Assembly (NCBI GenBank): GCA_043228905.1
Contig: JBHGNT010000021.1
Span: 2,852,001-2,916,000 of the forward strand
Length of the DNA stretch: 64,000 bases
Direction of reading: 5' to 3'
Source: Azolla caroliniana
Lineage: Eukaryota; Plantae; Polypodiophyta
The translations under genes and the position numbers were made by a program. Below, piece after piece: positions 44,221 to 56,175 of the stretch (positions are counted from its first letter, which is position 1; each line of letters opens with the position of its first letter). The notes under the pieces were generated by a model. That model was not told the DNA's origin. It was given only the letters and a program-made list of their open reading frames with translations, and searched no databases.

Positions 44221-46581
44221 ATGAAACACAGAACCTCGAGGATTGCAGAAGGATCACTTTCCTGCCTCGAAAAAGGTGCATTGTTACTTCCTTCCCCTGA
44301 TCATCTTTCATGGGTTTTGCAAAATTGCAAGAAGGCCTGCAAGAAAGAAGCAAAAAATGCAACAAATGTGGTGCGTTTGCATGCACATATGTGCCGAAAT
44401 GGTCTGCAATCTCATGCAATCCATGGGAATTATATCGTTTTGATGCTGATTGATGTTGGAAAGTTGTCTTGCGCACATCATGTGTATCGTAGATTATCAC
44501 ATCCAAATACATCTTCCTGGAATGCCTTAATCATAGCTAATGTTAAAGCTGGCAAACTTCAGCATGCTTTGTTACTATTCCATGAAATGCAACGGTACAA
44601 TTCAGTTAAGATCAGTGCATTTGCATTACTTTCACTGGTGAAATGTTGTGCAAATTTGAGAAATCTACAAGATGGTATCCGAATACATACCAAAGCTACT
44701 AAGGTGGGATTACTTAACAAGGATCCTTTTGTTGGAAGTGCATTGGTCGATATGTATGCTAAATGTGACTCTCTTACAATGGCACAGAAAGTTTTTGATA
44801 AGATTAAAACTCGTGATGTTGTTGCATGGACTTCACTAATATCGGGATATGCAGATCATGATGATGTTGACAAAGCGATAAAATGTTTTGAACTAATGCA
44901 GCTCGAGGGTGTCAAAGCTGATCGAGTTATATTCGTTTGTATCTTAAGAGCTTGTGCTTGCATGGGGGACATGGACAAAGTTCAAGAAATCCATGAGGAC
45001 ATTGAAAGAAACGGTTTATTGGGTAAGGACCTTGTTCTTGGTACTACCTTGGTGGGTATATATGCCAAACATGGCTTTCTTGCACAAGCAAGATTTGTGT
45101 TCGATAAGCTTCGAATTCGAGACGTGGTAGCTTGGACTGCCCTTATGTTGGGATATGCTGAACATGGGCATAACGTGGAAGCTATTGACTGTTTCGAAAA
45201 TATGCAACTTGATGGCATCTCTCCAGATGCCATCACATTTGTTTGTAGCTTGAAAGCATGCAGCAACTTAGGAGCCAGCGGCAAAGTTGAAGCAATACAT
45301 CGTCAGATTGAAAAAGAAGGACTACTAAAGAAAGATCTCTCTATTGGCACTGCCTTGCTGGATGCCTATGCCAAATGTGGTTCATTTAGCAAAGCACAAC
45401 AAGTGTTTGACAATCTTTTAGTTCATGATGATGTATCATGGACTGCGCTTATATCAGGATATGTTGGACTTGGGTATGCCGAGAAAGCCCTCAGATGCTT
45501 TGAACAAATGCAACTTGAGGGTGTCTCACCAAATGATGTCACATTTGCTTGTATCTTGAAAGCTTGCGCCATCCTTGGTAATATAAGTCAGGCAAGAAGA
45601 TTGTACAGCCATATAAAAAGAAAGGGATTGTTGGAAAATGATAGTGTAGGAATTGGCTTAGTTGATATGTATGCTAAATGTGGCTCGCTTTGGAGAGCAC
45701 AAACCATGTTTGATAAGCTTAGGTTTCGCAATGTAGTGTCATGGAATGCAATTATTTCAGGATATACTGAACATGGGCTTGCTCAAGAAGCTCTTAACTA
45801 TTTTGAGCTCATGCAATTAGAGGGGGTTCCACCTGATTTTGTTACGTACATTTGTAGCTTGAAAGCTTGTGCCAATATAGGAGCTATGAGAAAAGGTGGG
45901 GAAATACATGCCCAAATGGAATCAGTAGAAACAGATATTGTTGTTGGAAATAGTTTGATCAACATGTACGCCAAATTTGGCATGTTTGGAAAAGCTAATA
46001 ATGTGTTTGATAAACTTTCAGTTCGAAATGTTGTCTCATGGACCTCACTCATAGCAGGATATTATGAGCATGGGCTTAATAAACAAGCATTGAGGTATTT
46101 TGAAGCTATGCAATGTGAAGGTATCTCCCCAAACAATGTTACATTTTCTTGCATCTTGAAAGCATGTGGTAATGTAGATGCTCTAGAAATGGGTAAAGAA
46201 ATACATTCAGACATTGAAAGAAAGGGTATTCTAGATAAGGATGTTAGCAACAGTTTAGTTTATATGTATATCAAATATAGATTGATTAAGGAAGCTGAAC
46301 ATGTGTTTGACAAACTATTGGTTCGAGATAGAGACTTGTGGATTTCATTAATTGCAGGATATACCCAAATTGGGGATATGGAAAATGTATTTAATATCTT
46401 TTATAGGATGCTCGAAGAAGGTATACAACCTTGTCGTGTGATATTTCAGCTTGTTCTTAGAGCAAGCAGTCAAAGGTGCCTTGTGAAAAAATATTATACA
46501 TATGCTGAAGCCATGAGTGCAGATTTTGGCATCAGCCCATATCTTGACACCATTAAAATGATTAATACTGAGGTGAAATGA
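44221..46581 (+). CDS. PLS-class pentatricopeptide repeat protein, 786 aa, no E or DYW domain
   Basis: Recurrent triplets VV.WT.LI.GY / TF.CILKAC / LVDMYAKCG. Single exon; stops just after the FGISP motif. Confidence 0.92.
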   Translation: MKHRTSRIAEGSLSCLEKGALLLPSPDHLSWVLQNCKKACKKEAKNATNVVRLHAHMCRNGLQSHAIHGNYIVLMLIDVGKLSCAHHVYRRLSHPNTSSWNALIIANVKAGKLQHALLLFHEMQRYNSVKISAFALLSLVKCCANLRNLQDGIRIHTKATKVGLLNKDPFVGSALVDMYAKCDSLTMAQKVFDKIKTRDVVAWTSLISGYADHDDVDKAIKCFELMQLEGVKADRVIFVCILRACACMGDMDKVQEIHEDIERNGLLGKDLVLGTTLVGIYAKHGFLAQARFVFDKLRIRDVVAWTALMLGYAEHGHNVEAIDCFENMQLDGISPDAITFVCSLKACSNLGASGKVEAIHRQIEKEGLLKKDLSIGTALLDAYAKCGSFSKAQQVFDNLLVHDDVSWTALISGYVGLGYAEKALRCFEQMQLEGVSPNDVTFACILKACAILGNISQARRLYSHIKRKGLLENDSVGIGLVDMYAKCGSLWRAQTMFDKLRFRNVVSWNAIISGYTEHGLAQEALNYFELMQLEGVPPDFVTYICSLKACANIGAMRKGGEIHAQMESVETDIVVGNSLINMYAKFGMFGKANNVFDKLSVRNVVSWTSLIAGYYEHGLNKQALRYFEAMQCEGISPNNVTFSCILKACGNVDALEMGKEIHSDIERKGILDKDVSNSLVYMYIKYRLIKEAEHVFDKLLVRDRDLWISLIAGYTQIGDMENVFNIFYRMLEEGIQPCRVIFQLVLRASSQRCLVKKYYTYAEAMSADFGISPYLDTIKMINTEVK

Positions 46582-48202
46582 AGAAATATGGTAGAAAAAG
46601 AGTTAACGTTGTTCCGTGCGTTGAATACATTTCGTGTTACTTGATTTCAGATAAGATGGATTAGGTAGGGTAGGAGTTGGTCCACTTGAAAAAATCCTTC
46701 ACGTTTTATTTCATATTTGTCTGAGAATGCTTGGTGAAATGTAAATCAGAATGTTTAAATTATAGTGCACAGAAAGTTCTATGAGCAAAGGAACTTCAAG
46801 TGGGAAATTTTATGCGACTACTCTTACGATGTAGCAGTATAAACCTTCTCTTTGATCTTCTGTGCATATGTGGGCACAAATAATCATGGAATGGTGCCGA
46901 TTTTATACGTAGAATGAAAATGCACATTTTTGTGATATCTTATCATTGTTGATAATTGTGAGTCAGTAACATTCAGGATAAATATCAAAATCGAATTTTG
47001 TGTGTTTATCTCTCACTTGAAATGGGGTGGGGTATTATGGCACAACAAATCATAAGGATAAGATGTGTCATGATATGATACAAAGTAAACAAGTGAAGTA
47101 TAGAAGAAAGTGAGAGCTTTTATAGCAACAAGGTTGCTCATCCCTGCATGATGTTGCACAGTCATAATATGTATGATAAGAAGCTTCACTATAACTGCAT
47201 TAGAGGTATAATCATGTCCTGACATATCTCAAAGGTTGAAGAGGATCTTGCAATAGAAAAGAGCATTTGACACATTGGCATGGCATTGTTTGTTACGTCA
47301 AATTCGTGGAGCTTATAGAAACCTCAGATGTGTGTAGAAAGTCCTACGGAAGTTTAGATGGAAAGACACATATAAACTGAACCCAAGATCATTGAAAACA
47401 ATCCAGTGGATACACAACACAACTCGAAGGTCAATCAAAACTATGAGGTTTGGAAAGCCAAATATGAATTTGGTTGATCACTCCAGCATATATCAATAGA
47501 GATGTGAAATTGATTGATCATGCAAGGTAGTGTACCATCAATAGACAGGTGAAAGTGTTTGAACATTCAAGGAAGCATATAATAGATGACTAAATAGGCG
47601 AGAGAGGGTTATTATTTATAATGCGAGGATCTTGTTCAAGTTTATTTCTCCATCAGCCTACAATTTGAGCAATTCTAGGGTATTTTATTGTGGAGTATCT
47701 ATTAAAGTCTCTCTTATCACTTGCCATATTCTTCTAGTAAGAAAATACCCCTAAATGTATTTTCATTACCTAAGTCTACAAATAAGCATGTGTTGCAACT
47801 TACCATCATAGGATTCACATATTTAATCCCTTCTTCCGATGCATATGCTTGGTTACTTAAATCATAATTGGTTTTCAACAATTCATCATAGTTTCAAGAA
47901 AATTGAATCAACCTTAAGATTGGCAAAGTGGGACAATGATGTGTAGAGATTGTTGTCTTCTTGCTTTCAATAATAATGAGATTTGGAGTTGAGGTAATGC
48001 AAACTAACTTTCCACCAACCATGTCACCTCTTTTCAAACAATTTGTTGTGCTTGAGTCTCATTTGGTAATGAGCTTTCAATAGGTCAATGGTGAATGTGT
48101 AACTTCATCCATTCGCTGTTGACTATGAATATGAAAATGTAATCTCAATGTTCATCTCTCTTGCACCCCAAATTATGGGTATGCTCAGTATTCAGCCCCT
48201 TT

Positions 48203-48331
48203 TAATCACTCACTCTACTAATGTTAATGATGATAGTTGTGGAAACTTCAATTGGGTTGGCCATTTTGGTGGTAACTTCTCAAAGTCATGGGACCATTGC
48301 CATGGAATTTCCTAATCGCATGAAAGGTCGA
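48203..48331 (+). pseudogene. nad4L: Nuclear copy (NUMT) of the 3' end of mitochondrial nad4L
   Basis: MLMMIVVETSIGLAILVVTSQSHGTIAMEFPNRMKG matches the plant Nad4L C-terminus [32 protein letters not shown].MKG, mostly through C>T and G>A changes. Confidence 0.72.
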
Positions 48332-48884
48332 GCACCTTATTTGACTTGCACAACTTACATGAATGAGCCCTTTGATCTATATGAGAAAACACGAAAACAA
48401 AATTTTTTGAGCCTAGGTTGCTTAACTTCATGTTTGTGTTGGATACATATAGCCTACCCAAACAATCGGCGCCCAACGTCAAAGTGAACAATTCAACCAT
48501 TCACACAATTGTTGTTGAGTGGGCTTACATCTTGACTAATGCTAGTTCCTAGCTCATCTATTGGGTATTTACATTTGTCAAGTTTAGAAAGGTGAAATTG
48601 CCTCACATTTTTTGTGTGACCAATTAGCATTGCTGCGTCAACCCGGATTTTTTGCATAGCAAAATGGGACAATTGAGGAGGTAGTGCATTGAGTCGCTTG
48701 ATAAACGAGTAAGATACATACATGCACGCAGGGATCGATCGTGCACGATTAGAGTCAGTATTTGATTTGGTGCAAGGAGTTAGGGACGAGAGAGCACATC
48801 CATTGGTTATAATGTCACGTCCCGAGACAAACACTAGAACAAACATTTGGCTTATATCCGCTTTCACCTTTCCTACGTATTCAT

Positions 48885-48982
48885 GTATGATGTACGTACG
48901 TACGTACGTATGTGTGTATGTATGTATGCATGCATGTATGTATGTATGTATGTATGTATGTATGTATGCATGCATGCATGTG
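48885..48982. repeat. (TATG)n/(TACG)n microsatellite upstream of Tic22
   Basis: Read directly from the sequence. Confidence 0.85.
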
Positions 48983-49066
48983 TGAATGTAGATTCACATA
49001 AGCCCCGCTAGAGTAGCAGCGTCGAGAAAACTGAAGAATCAAGAAGCCATTGCCATAGCCATAACC

Positions 49067-52000
49067 ATGGCTTCTTCTTCTTCTTCTTGTAGCTATGACG
49101 GAGTGTCAGGATTCCTCAAGGCGCGAAACTCTGCAGCGAAAGCTCTGGATCCGTTGAGGAAACACGCGGAGAATCTTATCTCCTCCGCCAAACTAATCCT
49201 AGAGAACAATTTCCCCCCGAAGCCGTCAGCGAACCGTCAGTTTCCACAGAGCTTCTTCTCTTTCGACCTTTCTAAGATTCTTCTTTCGCCATGTCCGCAG
49301 AGATCGATGAGAAATCATCGCAACGGACCCTTGTTCGCTTCTTTAAGTAGTGGAAGGATTGAAAGGGAAGGAAAACACTTGTTTGATGTTGCTCTTAGCA
49401 CTGAAGAAATATCTCAGAAATTAGATGGCGTACCTGTATATGCTGTTTGTAACAGTTCTAGCGAGTTTGTTCTGGTTTCCGATTCCTCTAGTCAGAAATC
49501 GTTGGGAATATTTTGCTTTAGAAGGAGCGATGCAGAAGCTCTCCTAGATCAGGTATTAGCGTCCTCTCCCTCCGCTTTGTTCCAAATTTGAGACTTTCCA
49601 AATGTAGCAGAAATGTAGTTCTTCTTCTTATAAGAAGAGGTCCTTTACAGGCCTTTTAAAGAAAATATGTCTTTCAACTCCATGTTTGTTTGGTAATAAT
49701 ACAAGTGATGATAAAAAACTAGGTGAAGACATAGTAAATTTATAGTGGCATTTTGTCCAGTTCATTTTTTTTGTCAAGGACAATAACTCAAGAGAATTCT
49801 ATAAATATTGTAGAGAAATTCCTCTTGTGAGGTTATCATCGAATCATGTTTAAACAAGCATGTCTTTCAAATCCATGTGATAGTAATTCTAGATTATTTT
49901 GTAAAAATGCTAAGTTGCATGCTTTTTAATGGACAGTAACTCAAAGAATCTGAAACTTTGCGTGGTTTGTTCTAGAAAAGTAAACTTTGTGCTGTGAGAG
50001 AAAAAGAGGAAGTTTCGTAAATCCAAGTTTCTAGTACAACCTAATGATGATAAAACTGGGTGGAGATGTTAATGTTAATACCAGTATTTTTTCCACTTCT
50101 GTCATTTCTCATGGGTGATCAATCTTAGAAATGATAAGAGTTGCATCAATTACGTGCTTGAAGAATCTGAAACTTTATGAACATGGTAGAACGTATCTCT
50201 TGTAATGAGTGAAACATTTCAAGTCCGTTTCGTTACAAGGCCAAATGATAAAACCAGGTGAAGAATTTACTTTAATACCATTATTTCATCTGCATTCTGT
50301 GACAAGAAACTTTGGGAACTTTGTAAATGTATTAGAAATGTAGTTCTTCTGAGATAAAGAAGTTTTAACATGTTACCTTGATAATGTAAGTGATAGTAAA
50401 ACTAGGTAAAATTTATATATTCAAGTTCATCTCATTAGAGATTATAGAGGTTCATCAGTTTTCATGGAGAATAAGCTGAAGAATCAGAGACTCTGTGAAT
50501 GAAGCACAAAGTATATCTTGTGAGAACTTGTCATGGTCATTGGTAATCTAAGGGATGATAAAAACTTTGGTGATACCATTAATTCATCCTCTAATATTGG
50601 AGCTTCCTTTTGTTACAGTTGCATAATTTCTTTGTAGAAATAAGATGAAAAATCTTATATTTTTTCATAAGATTAGGTTATCATTTTTCCAAAGACTCTG
50701 AAATATTGTAAAGGCATTAGATAATAATGCATTTTTTGGAATAAGGTCTTCTGAATCAATTTCTGTTTGGTAATCTATAAAACTAGCTGAAGATGTTATG
50801 TTTCATTCCATTATTTGATCCAGTAATGGTTTAAGTTCATCAAAATTTAGAGAGAGAGGAGAAGGTATTTTGGGAGGTTCATGAAAAATGTGTTGTATTC
50901 TGGAAACTTTCCTAACATTTTCCTGTAATATATTAAACGTTTTCAAGACTGTTTTCCCTCCTTTTCTCATTATAAAAAATTTGATTATATGGCATTATAA
51001 TAGTACATGATTGCAGGTCAAAGCTAGAGAACCACTTGCAGGCCAAGGAGCCAAAGTTGTTGCTGTTTCTCTTAACAAGGTGATCGTCTGGTTATGACTT
51101 CTTTCATGAAATGTAATATACAATCAAAATCCTATGTGTTTTTATGTACTTTAAAATGCAGGTTTATAACCTCAATGCTAAAGGCATAGCATTTAGATTC
51201 TTGCCAGATCCACAACAAGTGATGAATGCTCTTCAGGTCGTACATTTGATTCTTCATTTGGACTTAATTTGTATGATTTAACCTCATCGCATATTTATCA
51301 GGCTTTTTGAATCCCTATATTGAATATTCTTCCATTTTGAAAAGTTTGCAGCTAAGTGGAAATACCAAAGAAAAAGGTATATCATTTGATGGAGTGCCAA
51401 TCTTCCAGGTATGAAGTGAATCATGTTCTTTTCACTTGTGTATGTTTTCCTCTTATTGTTCTAAACCTAGTGTACTTCTCTAGAGTTTTGAAAGTCATAG
51501 TAAATTGAGATTGACTGATGTTGTCGTTTCTTATTTTTTGAGAATTGTTTTTGTTTAAACACTTGCTGTCGTTTTATTCCCTGCACTTTTTCAGTGGCAT
51601 TAAAACAAAGGTCAAGGATACATCATCCAAGTTAAGAGTACCATCTAGCAATTAGATACTAAATGGAAAAGGCATTGTGTCCACCAAAATGTGAAAGGGC
51701 TATAGGGAAAAATACTTTTGTATCCGCAAGATTTGTTCCAATGCCACCAGAATGCTAGAAAGAGTGAAATGTATGGCAAGGGCTTAACATTGGTTGAGAA
51801 AATGATTATGTGATAGCTGTCTAAGATCAGCCCAAAGACAGTCATTATATGATTAGATAATTTCAATTGGTCATGCTACATTTTTTTATTTTGTTAATCA
51901 TATTTCTTTCTAGAAAATGGGCACTAATTAAGATTTTTTGAAGCTTAATGTACTAAATAAGGTTGTAATTAGGAAACATTCATTTGATAATTAGGAAAAT

Positions 52001-53394
52001 TAGAAACAACTTTCACTCATTATTAATTGTAATTTAAAACTCGTTATTTGTCACTCTTGTGTGTCCTCAGTTCTTGCTTCCGTTGCAAGTTTTCTTACAT
52101 TACCAATGGTTGTGCACTAGGATCTAGGGTTTTTTAAGTTAGGATTTACTCCTCGATCAGTATTTCTGCTAATTCAACATGCCTTTCTCTATCTATGCAG
52201 CATATGAAGTATCATTCCATGCATAGTTCTAGAAGCTTCATAAGTACCCATTTCCCTATCTTGCCTTATCTTAGCAGAGCAGACAAAATTCAATCATCTT
52301 GTAGATCTTCGGGAATGAATGTAGCTGAATGTATACATGATGGCATTACAACATTAAAAAAATCACGTGGTCATCTGAAAAGATAGTAGAAAGAAGGTTG
52401 ACACTCCACAAACCTCTGTACTACTCAAGGACCACTCCTACCTAGATGTTGTCACTTAATATATTCTATTGTATAAGCTTGGTTTGAGTCAGGTGGAGGT
52501 TGCAATTCAATTACTTCGTGGAAGGATTCTTCTCTAAGCAAAGGTGTTAACCTTAAAAGAAAATTTGTGTTGCACTGTCTTTGAATGAACAATTAAATTC
52601 AACTATTTTATAAAGAGTTCCATGTTACTCATCACTTCAATATGAAAATTCCAACTGATTTTATTATCAATAGTTGCTGTTGATTCAAGATTTTCTGCGT
52701 GCAAAATTTGAACCTCATGGATATTTTTAATGACAGTCTAATAACTTGATTGTGAGGAGTAAGGAGGTTCGACTTTGTCCAATCTTCTTTTGCAAGGTGC
52801 AAGATACATTATCCTTTTTTCCATTTTTTTGCTCTATGAAAATAAAACTAAAAGTTGAATGTTACTCTTGATGGAGCCAAACTTCAGCGTGGACCTCAAC
52901 TTGATTAAAATTTTCTAAATTTGTCTTTGCTATTCCCAGGAAGATTTAGATCAAGCACTTCAAAAAGCATCCAAACTACAGAATAAAGCTAATCCTTCAT
53001 TTCAAATGGACACTGAAATACAGGTAGAATTTTCTTGGCTAATTCCTTTACATTAAATTATAATTCAGGTCCAAATTTTGTGCTATGCACATGAAATCTG
53101 TTATTTTCCTCACATTTCTTTTAACAGTTACCAGACTAATTTTTCCATACAAATCTTAGGTTGGCAGTTTTGAACACGTGGTCAAGAGAATGGAGGTATT
53201 ATGCTAATAAATAATTGTGATTCTGCTTCTAAAACTGTTAGGAAATCATTTGCAGACTCCATGACATTTAATGGAACTATAATAACATACAGGGTATTGT
53301 GGACGAAGAGGGATGGAGAGAAGTAGTTTTCATCCCCCCAGGTATGGCCACACTTGGGCAATTGGAGAATATGAGCAGGACAACTGTTGGGTGA
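49067..53394 (+). CDS. TIC22: Chloroplast import chaperone Tic22-family gene, 8 exons, 320 aa
   Basis: Exons 49067-49552, 51017-51079, 51162-51236, 51352-51408, 52737-52796, 52940-53023, 53160-53195, 53293-53394. All introns are GT-AG, phase 0. Motifs KLDGVPVY, GIAFRFLPD, FDGVPIFQS, PIFFCKEDL, VVFIPPG. Confidence 0.93.
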
Positions 53395-56175
53395 ACCTTG
53401 TGAGTATGTTAATTTTCTCTCTATATTTATATCTATCTCGTTTTATTTATGATGTGTGATTTTGAGAGGATCTTCAACATCAATACATGATCTTCCAAAG
53501 ACTTTCTGATGTGTGCACCAAGTCTAGACTTTCCTTGTAGAGTGAACTTTATGTGGTAAAGTTGTTTGAAATCAATGTTTATTTTCTGCATCTGTTAAGC
53601 AGTTGGTGGTGAAGTTTGAGATTACCATCTGTATAAAATGCCCTCTTGGACTTAATATTGATTACTTCCGGTCTTTGTGTAATGATGTCCTTTCATGCAT
53701 CCCTAGGTGTTTGAAATTTCCATTGTTTCTGTATGCACTAGCTAGGCATATGGTGGCTAACAGGGGGAATGTTTGAGATCACCATTACCATCTTTTTGTC
53801 TATTCCTCTTGATGTACTTTGGATGCTGAGAAATGATGATGTATTGCCTGCACCCCCACATTTTAATTCTTGCTGGATGCGAGTCTCAGTACCGAGGCAA
53901 GTATCCTCTTGACTCTCATAAAAACCATAATAGTGGCATAGAGTAAGAGTATGTAGCTTACTTAGCTTGTCTCCAAGCCATCAGTCATACAGGAATTGAG
54001 AAAACTCTGAAATTATCATTTGTTCTTTTTTTCCCCCCTATGGCCTGTAAGATTTGAATTCACCAAATAATCAGTGCACATACAATTAAGAAAAATGGGA
54101 TAATTGATCATATAATTTTTCAAAAAAACTTCCAAATGCTGAAGAGTTGTTGACAAGGGAGTTTGGGGTATAACGAAAACATATGGACATCTGAGGCATC
54201 TGGGGAAATAAAGAAAAAGTAAATTCTATTTCAGAGTTTTTCCATACATTTAATATGGGAATTAAATTTGTCTTGTAGAAGTTGCCTTATCACCTTAAAA
54301 GCTAACATTGAGTTTACTATTTGTTCTACAGAAAGGAAAAGAGAATTCTTAGTGAAGAAGAATTCATGAGGGGTTCCAGGTGCACATGATATGGTTACTT
54401 TTTTAAAAACGGGAGAGATCTAGTTCCTGGGAATTCTGTAGGATTTTTTTTGGAGTTAATACACAGCCACATTTTCTGTACAAAAAGAGGGAGAAACAAT
54501 TCATTTAGAGTTGCAAGGGTTTAGGGTTTAGTATCACTCCTTTTTTTTAAGGAACACATGGACTCTATGTGGAAAAATGTGGAGCACATCAGTGAGTATA
54601 TCTGGCATGTATAAGTTTAAAATTTGAACACCATGGCTCATATCCTTCATTTCAATCATTGAGTAAATGCAACTCCAAGAAATGGATTGTTATCATCTTT
54701 CTTATATTGAGGATCTATGGTATTGCTATTGTTGTAAAATTTCGTGTATTCATTTTAGCATTTACTTCGCAATAGATTGTGCTAGATAAAGCCAGCTCCT
54801 ATGTTGTTTATGTATTTGTTGTACTTCGCATTTACGATGAGACCATTGCATTGTGAGGTGCATACTCTTATTGGGTTTCATTCATTTGAGCATTGAAAGT
54901 TCATTTAGCTAATAATATGCATGTGTGCACATCTTAATTGGTACTTTGGTCATTCTATTGGACATGGATTATAAAATAGAGTCTAGACAGTAAATGTCTA
55001 TGTTGTATATCATCACATACTCATAAGCATAGAACATTCCTTTGGAAATGCATGTGTTGATTATGTATGTGGTGTTGGTTGGACATGCATTATCGAGAGT
55101 AAATGTCTATTTTGTAAATCATAACATGGCCATGGGCATGAATCTGGAAGAGTTCGCTCAGTTACTAGTCCAACTTGTAGTTTATAAAATATAGTTTCTT
55201 AATAAGTACCTCTAATTGCTTTTTGTACTGTATTATATAATACATGAGGGTACACAACTAGTTACATTTTCACATGGCATTTCCCTTTCAATTATGTGCA
55301 TTCACCCACAAACCAGAGGGTAGCCCTGTTAAAGATATGGCCAAGTTAAAGCACATGATAATAATAAAACTCTCTTCACACAGGCAAATAATTATGTTAT
55401 TTGGAGGGTGCTTGTCTCCTTGTTGCCCATCATACATAACATGGGGTTTTTATGTTGACAATTGCTAAAACTAAACAAAAAATCAATCATCATAATTGAT
55501 ACTATCATTTAGTTAACACTCAATTAAATGAGAGAAGCATTCAAAATGAAGTCAATGTATCGCCAATTAAACATTTTTATCTCATATTGAGGCTACCCCA
55601 CTACTAATATGAGTTACTCAAAAGGAAGAAGACCACAAGATTGAACTTTTTGTAGACTTGGGTGACCAAAAGCATATAGCAAAATGAGGCAAAAAACCTA
55701 TTCCAAGTTACTAGTTTAGACAGATGTACTTACAACACAGAAATTCATTCCTTGCTGAAACTATACTAGATCAGAAGCCCGTACAATCAGTTAGTGCATC
55801 AAGTGTGATCTATTTCTTTGAATTAGTCTGCAAAAAATGGTTTTAAACCTCCCTTTTTAACCATCATTACTTCTCTACAACATACTTACACTGTGTGTGT
55901 GAGAGAGAGAATGTTAGAGCATGTGGAGTCTGGAGATCATTTCCTCGAGTGCAGATTCATGTTTTCAGACGGTTTTAGAAGATGTCCCTCTTCCTACAAA
56001 GGTAGGCAGAGAAGACGATGAAGTTGTAGAAGTGGATTTTACAGACACTATAATTGTGTGCTTTTACCTTACCGAGAGAGATTGAAAGAGAGTTTTAATG
56101 CATATTAGCTCTACGTCTCCATAGCTTAAGTCATGAAATCTCTCGTCTGCTGCAGAGTATCGCCCAACTAGTGGA

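Noticed and set aside
43286-44512. 408-aa minus-strand ORF
   Set aside because: Runs through microsatellites and the antisense strand of the PPR gene; no recognisable domain.
54517-54531. Interstitial telomere GGGTTTAGGGTTTAG
   Set aside because: Only two units; expected by chance or as an isolated telo-box.
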